The notes beneath the pieces were generated by a model. It was not told where the DNA came from and ran no database searches. It saw nothing but the letters and a program-made list of their open reading frames with translations. 64,000 nt of DNA, from positions 15,311 through 79,310 of the forward strand of contig JAZRGA010000052.1 of the NCBI GenBank assembly GCA_045643945.1. The letters are read 5' to 3'. The position numbers and the translations under genes are program-made. The number at the start of each line of letters is the position of its first letter. Position 1 is the stretch's first letter. The DNA is from Eubacteriales bacterium. GTDB taxonomy: Bacteria > Bacillota > Clostridia > Oscillospirales > CAG-272. Below, in pieces: positions 30,092 through 38,881 of this stretch.

Positions 30092-30583
30092 TTGTTTTAT
30101 GTTTTGATGATTGTGATAGCGTTTTACAATCTTTTCTTATATACAATTTTTCGTAGCGGCATATATTCCTATTTTCGTTTATCAAAAATGAGCAAAACAT
30201 ACATTAAGAAAAACAGAAAAGGATTTATCAATTATTGGTTGTATTATTCAATCAATAAGCAGAACTCGCTTGGAGCTTTATACGGTTTAAATATTGCTTT
30301 CTTTATAGCCACGGTTACTTTCATGTTTTTTACGATTGCATTGGGATATATTAGGGTGATTCAGCCAATACTTTTTGTATTTTCTATCCTAGTTTGCATA
30401 ATAGAGATACCGTGTATGATTATTGCTTCAATTCACAGCTCCAACGAGGATTATGGAAAACCGTTTGTTTTTCTTGCAAAACGAAAGGGTTTCAGAGGAT
30501 ACACCAGCTCGCTGATTGAATGTCTATCTTGGATATTGACTGTTCTTTTGATTTATTTATCTTTTCAAATATTATTACGATGA
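30092..30583 (+). CDS. Hypothetical 4-TM membrane protein
   Basis: TTG start 9 nt after GGAGG (30078-30082). Hydrophobic segments MFYVLMIVIAFYNLFLYTIF, LNIAFFIATVTFMFFTIALGYI, ILFVFSILVCIIEIPCMIIASI, LIECLSWILTVLLIYLSF. Confidence 0.5.
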   Translation: MFYVLMIVIAFYNLFLYTIFRSGIYSYFRLSKMSKTYIKKNRKGFINYWLYYSINKQNSLGALYGLNIAFFIATVTFMFFTIALGYIRVIQPILFVFSILVCIIEIPCMIIASIHSSNEDYGKPFVFLAKRKGFRGYTSSLIECLSWILTVLLIYLSFQILLR

Positions 30584-30640
30584 TTTATCATTTTTTATCA
30601 AATATTTCGCAACACAACTATAAAAGTATTGAGAGGTTAT

Positions 30641-30916
30641 ATGTCACACAGTAAATTTGCAAAACGAGGAAAGTCGTTATACATTGAAAAATGGAATCCG
30701 TCCGCTAAAAGATTTATTAATACTTGCATCATTTGCGGAGCGCAAGGGTACAACCCGAGTATTGACGATGCGGGATTTGTTTATGATAATGAGCAAAAGA
30801 TTGCTAATTTTGAGCATCGAGCCATTCGGGATGAGCTTAAGCGCACTTTAAATCCATTATCATTAGATTCTTTGGGGCGTTGCGACAATTGCGCAAGGCT
30901 AATGGAAAAGGATTGA
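30641..30916 (+). CDS. Hypothetical small protein with a CxxC...CxxC (zinc-ribbon-like) pair
   Basis: MSHSKFAKRGKS... with CIICGAQGY and CDNCARLM about 50 residues apart. GAGAGG RBS. The track start at 30629 is rejected in favour of ATG 30641. Confidence 0.45.
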   Translation: MSHSKFAKRGKSLYIEKWNPSAKRFINTCIICGAQGYNPSIDDAGFVYDNEQKIANFEHRAIRDELKRTLNPLSLDSLGRCDNCARLMEKD

Positions 30917-30940
30917 TGTTTTTTTGATTTTAATAATTAA

Positions 30941-30972
30941 AGGGTGTTTCAAATGTTGATTTGATACACCCT
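30941..30972. terminator. Bidirectional hairpin closing the cassette (convergent with the spoVB-like gene)
   Basis: AGGGTGTTTCAAAT (30941-30954) pairs with ATTTGATACACCCT (30959-30972): 14 bp with one T-T mismatch and a GTTG loop. Confidence 0.55.
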
Positions 30973-30987
30973 AATTGTTTATGACGT

Positions 30988-32553
30988 TTATGCCGAAAGA
31001 AAGTTTTTAATGGCTTTTTTTATTCCTTTTGGTGAGATAGCTTTGAGGAGTATGAGAATAGTAAGATAGATAACCGTTATAATAACGATATGAAGCGCTA
31101 TTTCGAGTCTGTTTTCTGCGTAGGTATTGAGATTATATAAGATAAACGCGGTTGCAGATGTAGCGCATATTATTCCCATTATCGGTTTTATTATCCAGTC
31201 GAATATTTTAAATTTGATTTTTGTGGCGCACAAAAGCTTAGTAATACTAAGTGTCGCATTTACCGTTTCGGTAAAATAAACCGTGATGATATAGCCGATA
31301 ATTCCGTAACGTGGCAAGAGCATCCATACTAATATTACCGATAGCAGGGCATCGACTATATTTATTATCATACAGTAAAATTGATGTCCGAGTCCTTTGA
31401 GTATAGAGTCTACCGATGTATCGAGATACATTATAGGCACAAGCGGAGCGATAAAAATAATATATTTAATTATATTTTTATCAGTGAAAAGTACAAATCC
31501 AAATTCATTCGCAAGGCATATGAATATTCCCGCTACACAGACTGAGTATATTAATACGGTTTTTAATACCTTACTTGTAATACGTTCAATGCGCTCAAAA
31601 TCGCCGCTCGCTGCGGACTCGGATATTTCGGGGACAAGTAAACCTGCAAATGATGAGGATATTGCAGAGGGAAAGAGAACAAGCGGAAAAATTATACTGT
31701 GAAGACTTCCGTAGGTGGCGAGTGAGGCATCGCGCCCCGAGCCGCTTTTTTGTAAGCCCCAGGGAATAAGTAGATGCTCGATTGTAACGAGTGCCGAGCG
31801 AACATATGCGCTAAAAGCAACTGGCAGAGTAAAGGGAATAAGCTTTTTAGCAAGCGAGTCGTCGGCGTGACCCTTGCTTTTTTGTCTTTTTATATCTATT
31901 ACATAAGAGAGTATATGAATAATAAACGAGGAAATCTCTGCAATAGACCCGCCCCAAATTACCGCAAGACAAGCACTCTCTACATCGCTTGCAACTGTTG
32001 CGCTCAGTAAATATATGCAAGAAAATATTTTAATGGCGTAACCGAAAACCTGAACCGCCGCATTTTTTTGTACCTTTCTTACCGCTACAAAATATCCGCT
32101 TATCGAGGATGAAAGAGCGATAGGAACTAATGTATAAGAAAGGACCTTTAAAGCCGTCAACGTTCGCATATCCTTTAGAATGCGTTCCGCAATAATTGGA
32201 GAAAGCAGGTACAAGCCTATTGATACCGCAAGGCTGATAAAAAATGCAAACGCAAGACTTTTTTTCATTATCGCTTTAACGGTAGAGGCTCGATTTTTTT
32301 CCTCAAGTCCTCCAAGAGCCTCAGAAACAAGCTTTGTTGTTGCAAGACTTATTCCCGAGGTTGCAAGGGTCAAAGCGAAGCCGTAAACGCTTGAAACCAG
32401 AGTAAAGAGTCCCATAGCGACCGTACCGATTTTATTTGTTAAATATACGTTAAACGCTACCGATATATAACGAATGGCAATCGATACCGCCGTCATTAAA
32501 AATCCGTTTATAAAAAATCGTTTTAGTCTGTCCAAGAAAACACTGCCTTTCAA
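30988..32553 (-). CDS. spoVB: MOP-superfamily flippase, SpoVB/MurJ-like polysaccharide or peptidoglycan-precursor exporter
   Basis: 521 aa with about 14 TM segments. The N-terminal region FINGFLMTAVSIAIRYISVAFNVYLTNKIGTVAMGLF... is typical of stage V sporulation protein B / YabM-like proteins. The annotated start is a TTG without a clear SD, so the start is uncertain. Confidence 0.65.
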   Translation of the reverse strand: MKGSVFLDRLKRFFINGFLMTAVSIAIRYISVAFNVYLTNKIGTVAMGLFTLVSSVYGFALTLATSGISLATTKLVSEALGGLEEKNRASTVKAIMKKSLAFAFFISLAVSIGLYLLSPIIAERILKDMRTLTALKVLSYTLVPIALSSSISGYFVAVRKVQKNAAVQVFGYAIKIFSCIYLLSATVASDVESACLAVIWGGSIAEISSFIIHILSYVIDIKRQKSKGHADDSLAKKLIPFTLPVAFSAYVRSALVTIEHLLIPWGLQKSGSGRDASLATYGSLHSIIFPLVLFPSAISSSFAGLLVPEISESAASGDFERIERITSKVLKTVLIYSVCVAGIFICLANEFGFVLFTDKNIIKYIIFIAPLVPIMYLDTSVDSILKGLGHQFYCMIINIVDALLSVILVWMLLPRYGIIGYIITVYFTETVNATLSITKLLCATKIKFKIFDWIIKPIMGIICATSATAFILYNLNTYAENRLEIALHIVIITVIYLTILILLKAISPKGIKKAIKNFLSA

Positions 32554-32676
32554 GATTTTTTATAAATATATGAAAAATTATATAAAAAAAGAACGCCGAA
32601 TTGAAGTGAACCCAAAAGTTAGACATTTTGGAGGTCCATATCAAATTGACGTTCTTTAATTTTGCTTTATTAAAAA

Positions 32677-34335
32677 TTAAAACTTAATAATGCTTTCATC
32701 CCACATTTCGGGTGCTTCAAAGCCCATAAGATTAACCATAGTAGCCGCTACGTTGGAAAGACCGAAGTTGCCCTCGTCTGCCTTAACCGTATATGCGCCG
32801 TTAGTTACGTTATCGTAAATAATGCAGGGAACGGGGTTTAACGTATGGCTTGTCTTAGACTTGTAGTTGCCGTTCTTGTCAGCCTTGGGAAGACCTGTTT
32901 TCTTGTCCATTTCGTACATTTCATCAGCGTTTCCGTGGTCTGCGGTAATAAGTGCTACACCGCCAACCTTGTCAAGAGCCTTAAGAATTCTCGCAAGCTG
33001 AAGATCGAGAGCTTCCATTGAGCAACGGGTTGCAAGGAGTGAGCCTGTGTGTCCAACCATATCGCCATTCGGGAAGTTTACACGCAAATATTTATATTCA
33101 CCGCTTTCAAGGCATTCAATGAGCTTGTCGGTGATTTCTGCGCACTTCATCCAAGGTCTTTGCTCAAAGGGAACAACGTCGGAGGGAATTTCAATGTAAG
33201 TTTCAAGCTCCTCAGAGAACTTGCCCGAGCGGTTACCGTTCCAGAAGTAAGTTACGTGACCGTATTTCTGCGTTTCGGAAATAGCCAACTGCTTAACACC
33301 GCTAAGGGTGAGATATTCGCTCATAGTATTGGTAATTTCGGGAGGAGAAACAAGGTAACGAGAGGGGATATGAAGGTCGCCGTCATACTCGAGCATACCT
33401 GCATAAACAACAGAGGGAACACGCTTTCTGTCAAATTTATCAAACTCGCCGTCCTTTGCATCAAAGGTCTTTGAAATTTCAATAGCGCGGTCGCCACGGA
33501 AATTAAAGAAGATAACACTGTCACCATCGTTTATAGTTCCAACGGGAGTGCCGTTTTCTGCGATAACGAAGGGAGGAAGATCCTGGTCGATAACAGAAAG
33601 CTCTGCGCGATATGCTTTAACTGCCTCAGCAGCCGATGCAAACTGTCTGCCCTCGCCGAGAACGTGAGTCTGCCATCCGCGCTCAACCATCGACCAATCA
33701 GCCTCGTATCTGTCCATAGTGATTTTCATTCTGCCGCCGCCCGAAGCAATCTTTATATCAAAGCTTGCGTCACGAAGGTCTGCAATAAATGCCTCAAAGG
33801 GATCAATGTATTCAAGAGCGCTTGTTTCACCAACGTCACGACCGTCGATAAGAATGTGAATTCTAACCGATGCAACGCCTTCGTCCTTTGATTTAACTAT
33901 CATAGCCTTAAGGTGATCGATGTGAGAGTGAACGTTTCCGTCGGAGAAAAGTCCGAGGAAGTGAAGCGTAGAGCTGTTGCTCTTTACGTTAGAAACGATA
34001 GTCTGCCAAGTTTCGGATGCAAACATTTTGCCTGACTCGATAGATTGAGAAACGAGCTTAGCACCCTGTGCGAAAACCTGACCTGCGCCGAGAGCATTGT
34101 GACCGACCTCGGAGTTACCCATATCATCATCCGAGGGAAGACCTACTGCCGTTCCGTGAGCCTTAAGAGATACCATAGGGTAATTCTTCATAAGCATATC
34201 AAGTGTAGGTGTGTAAGCGGTTGCGACAGCATTGGAAACAGTATCGGGAGCAAGTCCAACACCGTCCATAACAATAGTAAGAACGGGACCGTTAACGCCG
34301 TCAAAGCTTGAGAGCTTCTTTAAAGCTTCTGCCAT
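32677..34335 (-). CDS. gpmI: 2,3-bisphosphoglycerate-independent phosphoglycerate mutase (long, plant-like iPGM type)
   Basis: Start at MAEALKKL (cat 34333-34335), preceded by GGAGG. Motifs VMDGVGL, HGTAVGLPSDDDMGNSEVGHNALGAGQVFAQGAKLV, TADHGNADEM. Confidence 0.88.
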   Translation of the reverse strand: MAEALKKLSSFDGVNGPVLTIVMDGVGLAPDTVSNAVATAYTPTLDMLMKNYPMVSLKAHGTAVGLPSDDDMGNSEVGHNALGAGQVFAQGAKLVSQSIESGKMFASETWQTIVSNVKSNSSTLHFLGLFSDGNVHSHIDHLKAMIVKSKDEGVASVRIHILIDGRDVGETSALEYIDPFEAFIADLRDASFDIKIASGGGRMKITMDRYEADWSMVERGWQTHVLGEGRQFASAAEAVKAYRAELSVIDQDLPPFVIAENGTPVGTINDGDSVIFFNFRGDRAIEISKTFDAKDGEFDKFDRKRVPSVVYAGMLEYDGDLHIPSRYLVSPPEITNTMSEYLTLSGVKQLAISETQKYGHVTYFWNGNRSGKFSEELETYIEIPSDVVPFEQRPWMKCAEITDKLIECLESGEYKYLRVNFPNGDMVGHTGSLLATRCSMEALDLQLARILKALDKVGGVALITADHGNADEMYEMDKKTGLPKADKNGNYKSKTSHTLNPVPCIIYDNVTNGAYTVKADEGNFGLSNVAATMVNLMGFEAPEMWDESIIKF

Positions 34336-34688
34336 AATAAAACCTCCAAAATAAAATAATATTTTCAATCTTATATAGTATAACTTAATTTTAAGAGTTT
34401 TGCAAGAGTTATGTGAAATTTTTTTGATTATACAATAAAACTTTTTGGGTTTATTAGCAAAACAATAGAAAAATTCTTTTAAATCAGATATAATTATATA
34501 TTTTAGCCGATGGATTAAAGGTAAGCGAATATTCGATGTCGACTAAAATGCACTTTTGAAGAATGGACTTAAAATTGTATGTATTGAAATTCTATTAAGA
34601 TAACTTAGTCTGACATCTATCAATGCTTGATGTCCGTTTTGCTATTTTTAACTCAATGTAAATTTCTTTACTACTTTTTTCTAAACTA

Positions 34689-34717
34689 TTGAATTTTATT
34701 TTTATTTGTAGTATAAT
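34689..34717 (+). promoter_or_regulatory. SigA-type promoter for the mrp-like gene
   Basis: TTGAAT (34689-34694), 17-nt spacer, TATAAT (34712-34717). Confidence 0.5.
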
Positions 34718-34769
34718 ATATTTGTATGTTTATGACTATTTTCGTATATATATTAAAGGAGGCTCAAAA

Positions 34770-35609
34770 ATGTCAGAAGAATGTACTCATAACTGTTCAA
34801 CCTGTTCGGCAAACTGTTCTTCAAAGGAGAAGGCAAGTCTTACCGAGCAGCCCCATGCTTTAAGCTCTGTAAAGCACATAATCGCAGTAGTAAGCGGAAA
34901 GGGCGGAGTTGGAAAATCTCTCGTTACCTCTATGCTTGCCGTTAATATGCAAAGACTCGGCTACAAGACCGCAATACTTGATGCCGACGTAACCGGTCCC
35001 TCTATCCCCAAGGCTTTCGGTCTTAAGGCGGGAGTAGATGGAGATAACAACGGAATGATTCCCCCCACAACCACCTCGGGAATTGATATAATGTCTGTAA
35101 ACCTTATGCTTGAGGATGAAACTCGCCCCGTTGTTTGGCGTGGACCCGTTATCGCAGGCGTGGTTAAGCAATTCTGGACCGATACCATTTGGCACGATAT
35201 AGATTATATGTTTATCGACTGTCCTCCCGGAACGGGTGACGTACCGCTTACCGTTTTTCAGTCTATCCCGATTGACGGTATCGTTATAGTAAGCAGCCCG
35301 CAGGAGCTTGTTTCTATGATAGTTGCTAAGGCGGCTAATATGGCTCAGATGATGAACGTTCCTGTTTACGGACTCGTTGAAAATATGAGCTACGTTAAGT
35401 GTCCCGATTGCGGCAAGGAAATAAAGGTGTTCGGCGAAAGTCATATTGATAAGATTGCAGATGACTTTGGCTATGATCTTCTTGCTCGTATTCCTATGGA
35501 TCCCAAGCTTACCGCTCTCGTTGACAAGGGATGGATTGAAATGATGGAAAATGATTATCTCGAGTCTGCGGCACAGGCGATTGTAAACAGAACGCAAAAG
35601 AAGCTTTAA
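34770..35609 (+). CDS. mrp: Mrp/NBP35-family Fe-S cluster carrier ATPase
   Basis: Start at MSEECTHNCSTCSANC (AGGAGG RBS). Deviant Walker A VVSGKGGVGKS. CPDCG motif. Confidence 0.85.
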   Translation: MSEECTHNCSTCSANCSSKEKASLTEQPHALSSVKHIIAVVSGKGGVGKSLVTSMLAVNMQRLGYKTAILDADVTGPSIPKAFGLKAGVDGDNNGMIPPTTTSGIDIMSVNLMLEDETRPVVWRGPVIAGVVKQFWTDTIWHDIDYMFIDCPPGTGDVPLTVFQSIPIDGIVIVSSPQELVSMIVAKAANMAQMMNVPVYGLVENMSYVKCPDCGKEIKVFGESHIDKIADDFGYDLLARIPMDPKLTALVDKGWIEMMENDYLESAAQAIVNRTQKKL

Positions 35610-35642
35610 TTTATTAATATTTTAATTGAAAGGAAAAAGGGC

Positions 35643-36251
35643 GTGAGTAAAAAAATGATGGTTTTATGGATTTTTATAGCTATTGTTGCGCTCGTTTTGA
35701 TTTTTCTTTTAACTGTAAATTTTATAGTAATTGCGGGCGCAGGCAAAATTACCGTTGGAAATAAGGATTATTCGATTGATAAAAAATACGATGCAATCGT
35801 AGTTTTAGGAGCAGGACTTCGCCCAGACGGAACTCCCTCCAATATGCTCGAGGATCGCTTAAAGGGTGCTATCGAATTATATGAAAAGGGAGTATCCTCT
35901 AAAATAATTCTCAGCGGAGATTGCTCGGGTGAGGATTATGACGAGGTTTCCTCTATGAAGAAATTTTGCATTGATAACGGTGTTCCCGAAGATGCTATTG
36001 TGCGTGACGATAAAGGCTTTTCCACCTATGAAACGATGGAAAACGTTGTAGAAAAAATGGGATATAAAAGCGTAATCGTCGTTACACAAAAATATCATCT
36101 GTATCGCTCGGTTTATATCGCAAGACGAATGGGCGCAGATGCCGACGGCTTTTCAACCGATTACAGAGAATATATTTTCTGGGCTCAAAGAAAGCGCGAC
36201 GTTCGTGAGCTTGTGGCTCGCATAAAGGATTTTTTTAAGGTTAATTTTTGA
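35643..36251 (+). CDS. sanA: SanA/YdcF (DUF218) family membrane-anchored protein
   Basis: N-terminal TM segment, then YDAIVVLGAGLRPDGTPSNMLEDRLKGAIELYEKGVSSKIILSGD. GTG start at 35643, or ATG at 35655. Confidence 0.7.
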   Translation: MSKKMMVLWIFIAIVALVLIFLLTVNFIVIAGAGKITVGNKDYSIDKKYDAIVVLGAGLRPDGTPSNMLEDRLKGAIELYEKGVSSKIILSGDCSGEDYDEVSSMKKFCIDNGVPEDAIVRDDKGFSTYETMENVVEKMGYKSVIVVTQKYHLYRSVYIARRMGADADGFSTDYREYIFWAQRKRDVRELVARIKDFFKVNF

Positions 36252-36269
36252 ACAAGGCTTCAAACAACA

Positions 36270-36300
36270 AATAAGGACGGAAACAACAACCGTCCTTATT
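36270..36300. terminator. Bidirectional terminator
   Basis: AATAAGGACGG (36270-36280) pairs with CCGTCCTTATT (36290-36300). Confidence 0.6.
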
Positions 36301-36314
36301 TATGATTTTTAAAT

Positions 36315-37064
36315 TTATTTACCGCTACTCTCACCCGCGTAATTGCAGGTTATCGGTAGAGATTTTAGAATATCGTTTCCTTTACCTATGGATATCGATT
36401 CAAATTCTGCGGTGCTTTTGGAATAGAGTATTACCGAGATATTCTTTGCCCCCTCAAAGGCGTAATCGTTTATCACTTTTACGTTTGGATTTATATAATA
36501 TTTGCTTTCGGCTCTGCTCGGAGGATAGAATATAAGCTGCGTTCGGCTTTTTGAAAAAAGGACTCCGCTAAGAGATGTAAAGGCTTCATTGTCGATAGCA
36601 ACGTCTATGTAGGCAAGCGAGGAGCAACCTCTGAAAGCACCGTCCCCAATGCGCTCGACACTGCTCGGTATGCTTATGGCTTCAATTGTGTCACAGTTTT
36701 TAAATGCGTTGGAGCTAATTTCGATAACGGGCTCTCCAAATGGACTTTCGTGAGGGATTTTTAATTCTTTTCCCTTAAAATCACCAATTCCCACTACGGC
36801 GCAGCATCCGTTTCCGAGGCTTTCGAATTTTATGCCATATGGACTGTCGGGAGGGTAGGTACGCTTCTCGGTAGGCGCTTCGGTAACAAATACCGCTTCA
36901 TCGGGAGGCTTTGGCGTTTTTTGATTGCTAAACAAAAGCATCAATGCGCAAACAGAAAGAGCGACAAGCGAAAGAGGAATGCAAATAAAAATTGCAATTC
37001 TTTCTCTACTTAAATTTTTAAAATACGAAACAATGTAAATTTTTACGTCGGTTAGCATTTTCAT
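36315..37064 (-). CDS. Membrane-anchored leucine-rich-repeat (BspA/LRR_5-type) surface protein
   Basis: N-terminal TM segment (IAIFICIPLSLVALSVCALMLLF). Repeats such as ISSNAFKNCDTIEAISIPSSVERIGDGAFRGCSSLAYIDV and INDYAFEGAKNISVI. Confidence 0.65.
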   Translation of the reverse strand: MKMLTDVKIYIVSYFKNLSRERIAIFICIPLSLVALSVCALMLLFSNQKTPKPPDEAVFVTEAPTEKRTYPPDSPYGIKFESLGNGCCAVVGIGDFKGKELKIPHESPFGEPVIEISSNAFKNCDTIEAISIPSSVERIGDGAFRGCSSLAYIDVAIDNEAFTSLSGVLFSKSRTQLIFYPPSRAESKYYINPNVKVINDYAFEGAKNISVILYSKSTAEFESISIGKGNDILKSLPITCNYAGESSGK

Positions 37065-37231
37065 TTTGTGTATCTCCTAAATTTTGTAACTTTATGGTTA
37101 TATTTTAACACATTTGGAAAATATTGTCAATTAATATCGTTCGACAGATATTGACACTCATCGACGAAAAATTCTATAAATAAATTAAAAACAACATAAA
37201 AAAACAAGAAATAACAAAAAAGGAGCAGGAT

Positions 37232-38239
37232 ATGGGATTAAAAATCGGAAATATTGAATTTCATCACGGGCTCGTTCTCGCTCCAATGGCAGGCGTTACT
37301 GATAGAACATTTCGAACCATTTGCAAGGAATACGGAGCGGAATATACCGTTAGTGAGATGGTTTGCGCAAAATCACTTTGTTATGAGCAAAAGGCAAGGA
37401 AAAAGGAGTTTTCCACAACCGCAGAGCTTGCAACAGTTCTCTCGGGTGACGGACCTATGGCAATACAAATCTTTGGAAGTGAGCCTTCATTTATGGCAGA
37501 GGCAGCTTCAATGCTTGCAGAGGGAGCTTATAAAAATTGTATTTCTACCGAAGCTCCACTTGCGATAGATATAAATATGGGATGTCCTGTTCGAAAAATA
37601 ACCTCTAACGGTGAAGGTAGCGCACTTATGAAAAATCCCGAATTGGCAGGGCAGATAGTAAGAGCAACAGTTGATGCCGTCAAGCTACCCGTTACTGTAA
37701 AAATACGCGCGGGGTGGGATGACGATTCAAAAAACGCCGTTGAGCTTTCTAAAATTCTTGAAGCTAACGGAGCGAGCGCTATTTGCGTTCACGCAAGAAC
37801 AAGGGAGCAGCTTTACCGACCTGGAATTGATATAGATATTATTTCTCGGGTGAAAAAAGCCGTTTCAGTTCCCGTAATCGGTAACGGTGATATTTACAGT
37901 GCAAGCGATGCAATAAATATGCTAAATATTACGGGGTGCGACGGTATAATGGTAGGCAGGGGTGCTATGGGAAATCCTTGGATTTTTAAGGAAATACTTT
38001 GCGCGCTTGACGGCAGAGAATACATAGCTCCGACCCAAGAGGAAAAAATTTCTCTTGCTCTGCGTCAGCTTAGTCAAATGATAGAAGCAAAGGGCGAGCG
38101 AGTTGGTATTGCCGAGGGTAAAAAGCATATAGCTTGGTATTTAAGCGGTATGAATGGCGCGGCTTCGGCAAGAAACCGTGTTATGTCGGCTTTAACATTT
38201 GAAGAAATTAAGAGCATACTTGAAGAAATGTTGGTGTGA
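37232..38239 (+). CDS. dusB: tRNA-dihydrouridine synthase
   Basis: LAPMAGVTDRTFRTICKEYGA, DINMGCPVRKI, VTVKIRAGWD. Confidence 0.88.
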   Translation: MGLKIGNIEFHHGLVLAPMAGVTDRTFRTICKEYGAEYTVSEMVCAKSLCYEQKARKKEFSTTAELATVLSGDGPMAIQIFGSEPSFMAEAASMLAEGAYKNCISTEAPLAIDINMGCPVRKITSNGEGSALMKNPELAGQIVRATVDAVKLPVTVKIRAGWDDDSKNAVELSKILEANGASAICVHARTREQLYRPGIDIDIISRVKKAVSVPVIGNGDIYSASDAINMLNITGCDGIMVGRGAMGNPWIFKEILCALDGREYIAPTQEEKISLALRQLSQMIEAKGERVGIAEGKKHIAWYLSGMNGAASARNRVMSALTFEEIKSILEEMLV

Positions 38240-38245
38240 GGCATT

Positions 38246-38872
38246 ATGAAGAATAAAAAAATTATCATAATATCGGCATCTGCGAACGTTAGAAATTTTT
38301 TTGCACTTGAGGCACTTAATTTTGATTTTACCGTCGAGGTTGCCGAAAAAATCACCAAAGCATATAACGATATTTCATCGTATGATCTTTCTATCATTGA
38401 TGTAGATACAGTAAAGCAAATGCCTCTGAACTCCGCAAAACAGCAAATTACCGTTTCATCGCAGGGAAAGCGCGCGGATATAGTTTATCCTTGCTTAATA
38501 AGCGAGGTAAGAGAGATATATAACGGACTATATTCGCAGTCCTCTTTAAAAAGTGATAGCACCGATGACGGCATAAAGATAGTTTTTTACGAGAGTCAAA
38601 GCGATACAAATAAAAATTTGGTATGTGTTAATAACCGAAAATATATTCTTTCCGATACAGAATATAAAATTTTAACGCTTCTTTGCAAAAGCCCGCAGGA
38701 AGCGATTTCAAGAGAAAAAATTCAAGGGCTTTTGGAAAACGAAAAAAGTAACATTGGCGACGTTTATATATGCAGGCTCAGAAAAAAGCTTGAAGAGCCA
38801 TTAGGACAGAGATTGATATTTACCGTTCGCGGTAAGGGGTATAAAATTGTTGCCGATGCGGAATGGAGATAA
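38246..38872 (+). CDS. Atypical OmpR/PhoB-type winged-helix regulator with a degenerate receiver-like N-terminus
   Basis: The C-terminus LSDTEYKILTLLCKSPQEAISREKIQ...VYICRLRKKLEEPLGQRLIFTVRGKGYKI is a Trans_reg_C domain. The N-terminus lacks the acidic DD pair (it reads IIIISASANV). No kinase gene is nearby. Confidence 0.65.
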   Translation: MKNKKIIIISASANVRNFFALEALNFDFTVEVAEKITKAYNDISSYDLSIIDVDTVKQMPLNSAKQQITVSSQGKRADIVYPCLISEVREIYNGLYSQSSLKSDSTDDGIKIVFYESQSDTNKNLVCVNNRKYILSDTEYKILTLLCKSPQEAISREKIQGLLENEKSNIGDVYICRLRKKLEEPLGQRLIFTVRGKGYKIVADAEWR

Positions 38873-38881
38873 TTAGATAAT

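Noticed and set aside
26502-30990. Search for integrase, recombinase, transposase or a direct repeat of the tRNA-Ser 3' end marking attL/attR of an integrated element
   Set aside because: No such gene is present. I could not find a copy of the tRNA 3' segment (GGTTCGAATCCCTCTCTCTCCGCCA or a >=12-nt part of it) near the right border. The cassette therefore cannot be called a mobile element from this sequence. It is reported only as a compositional island.
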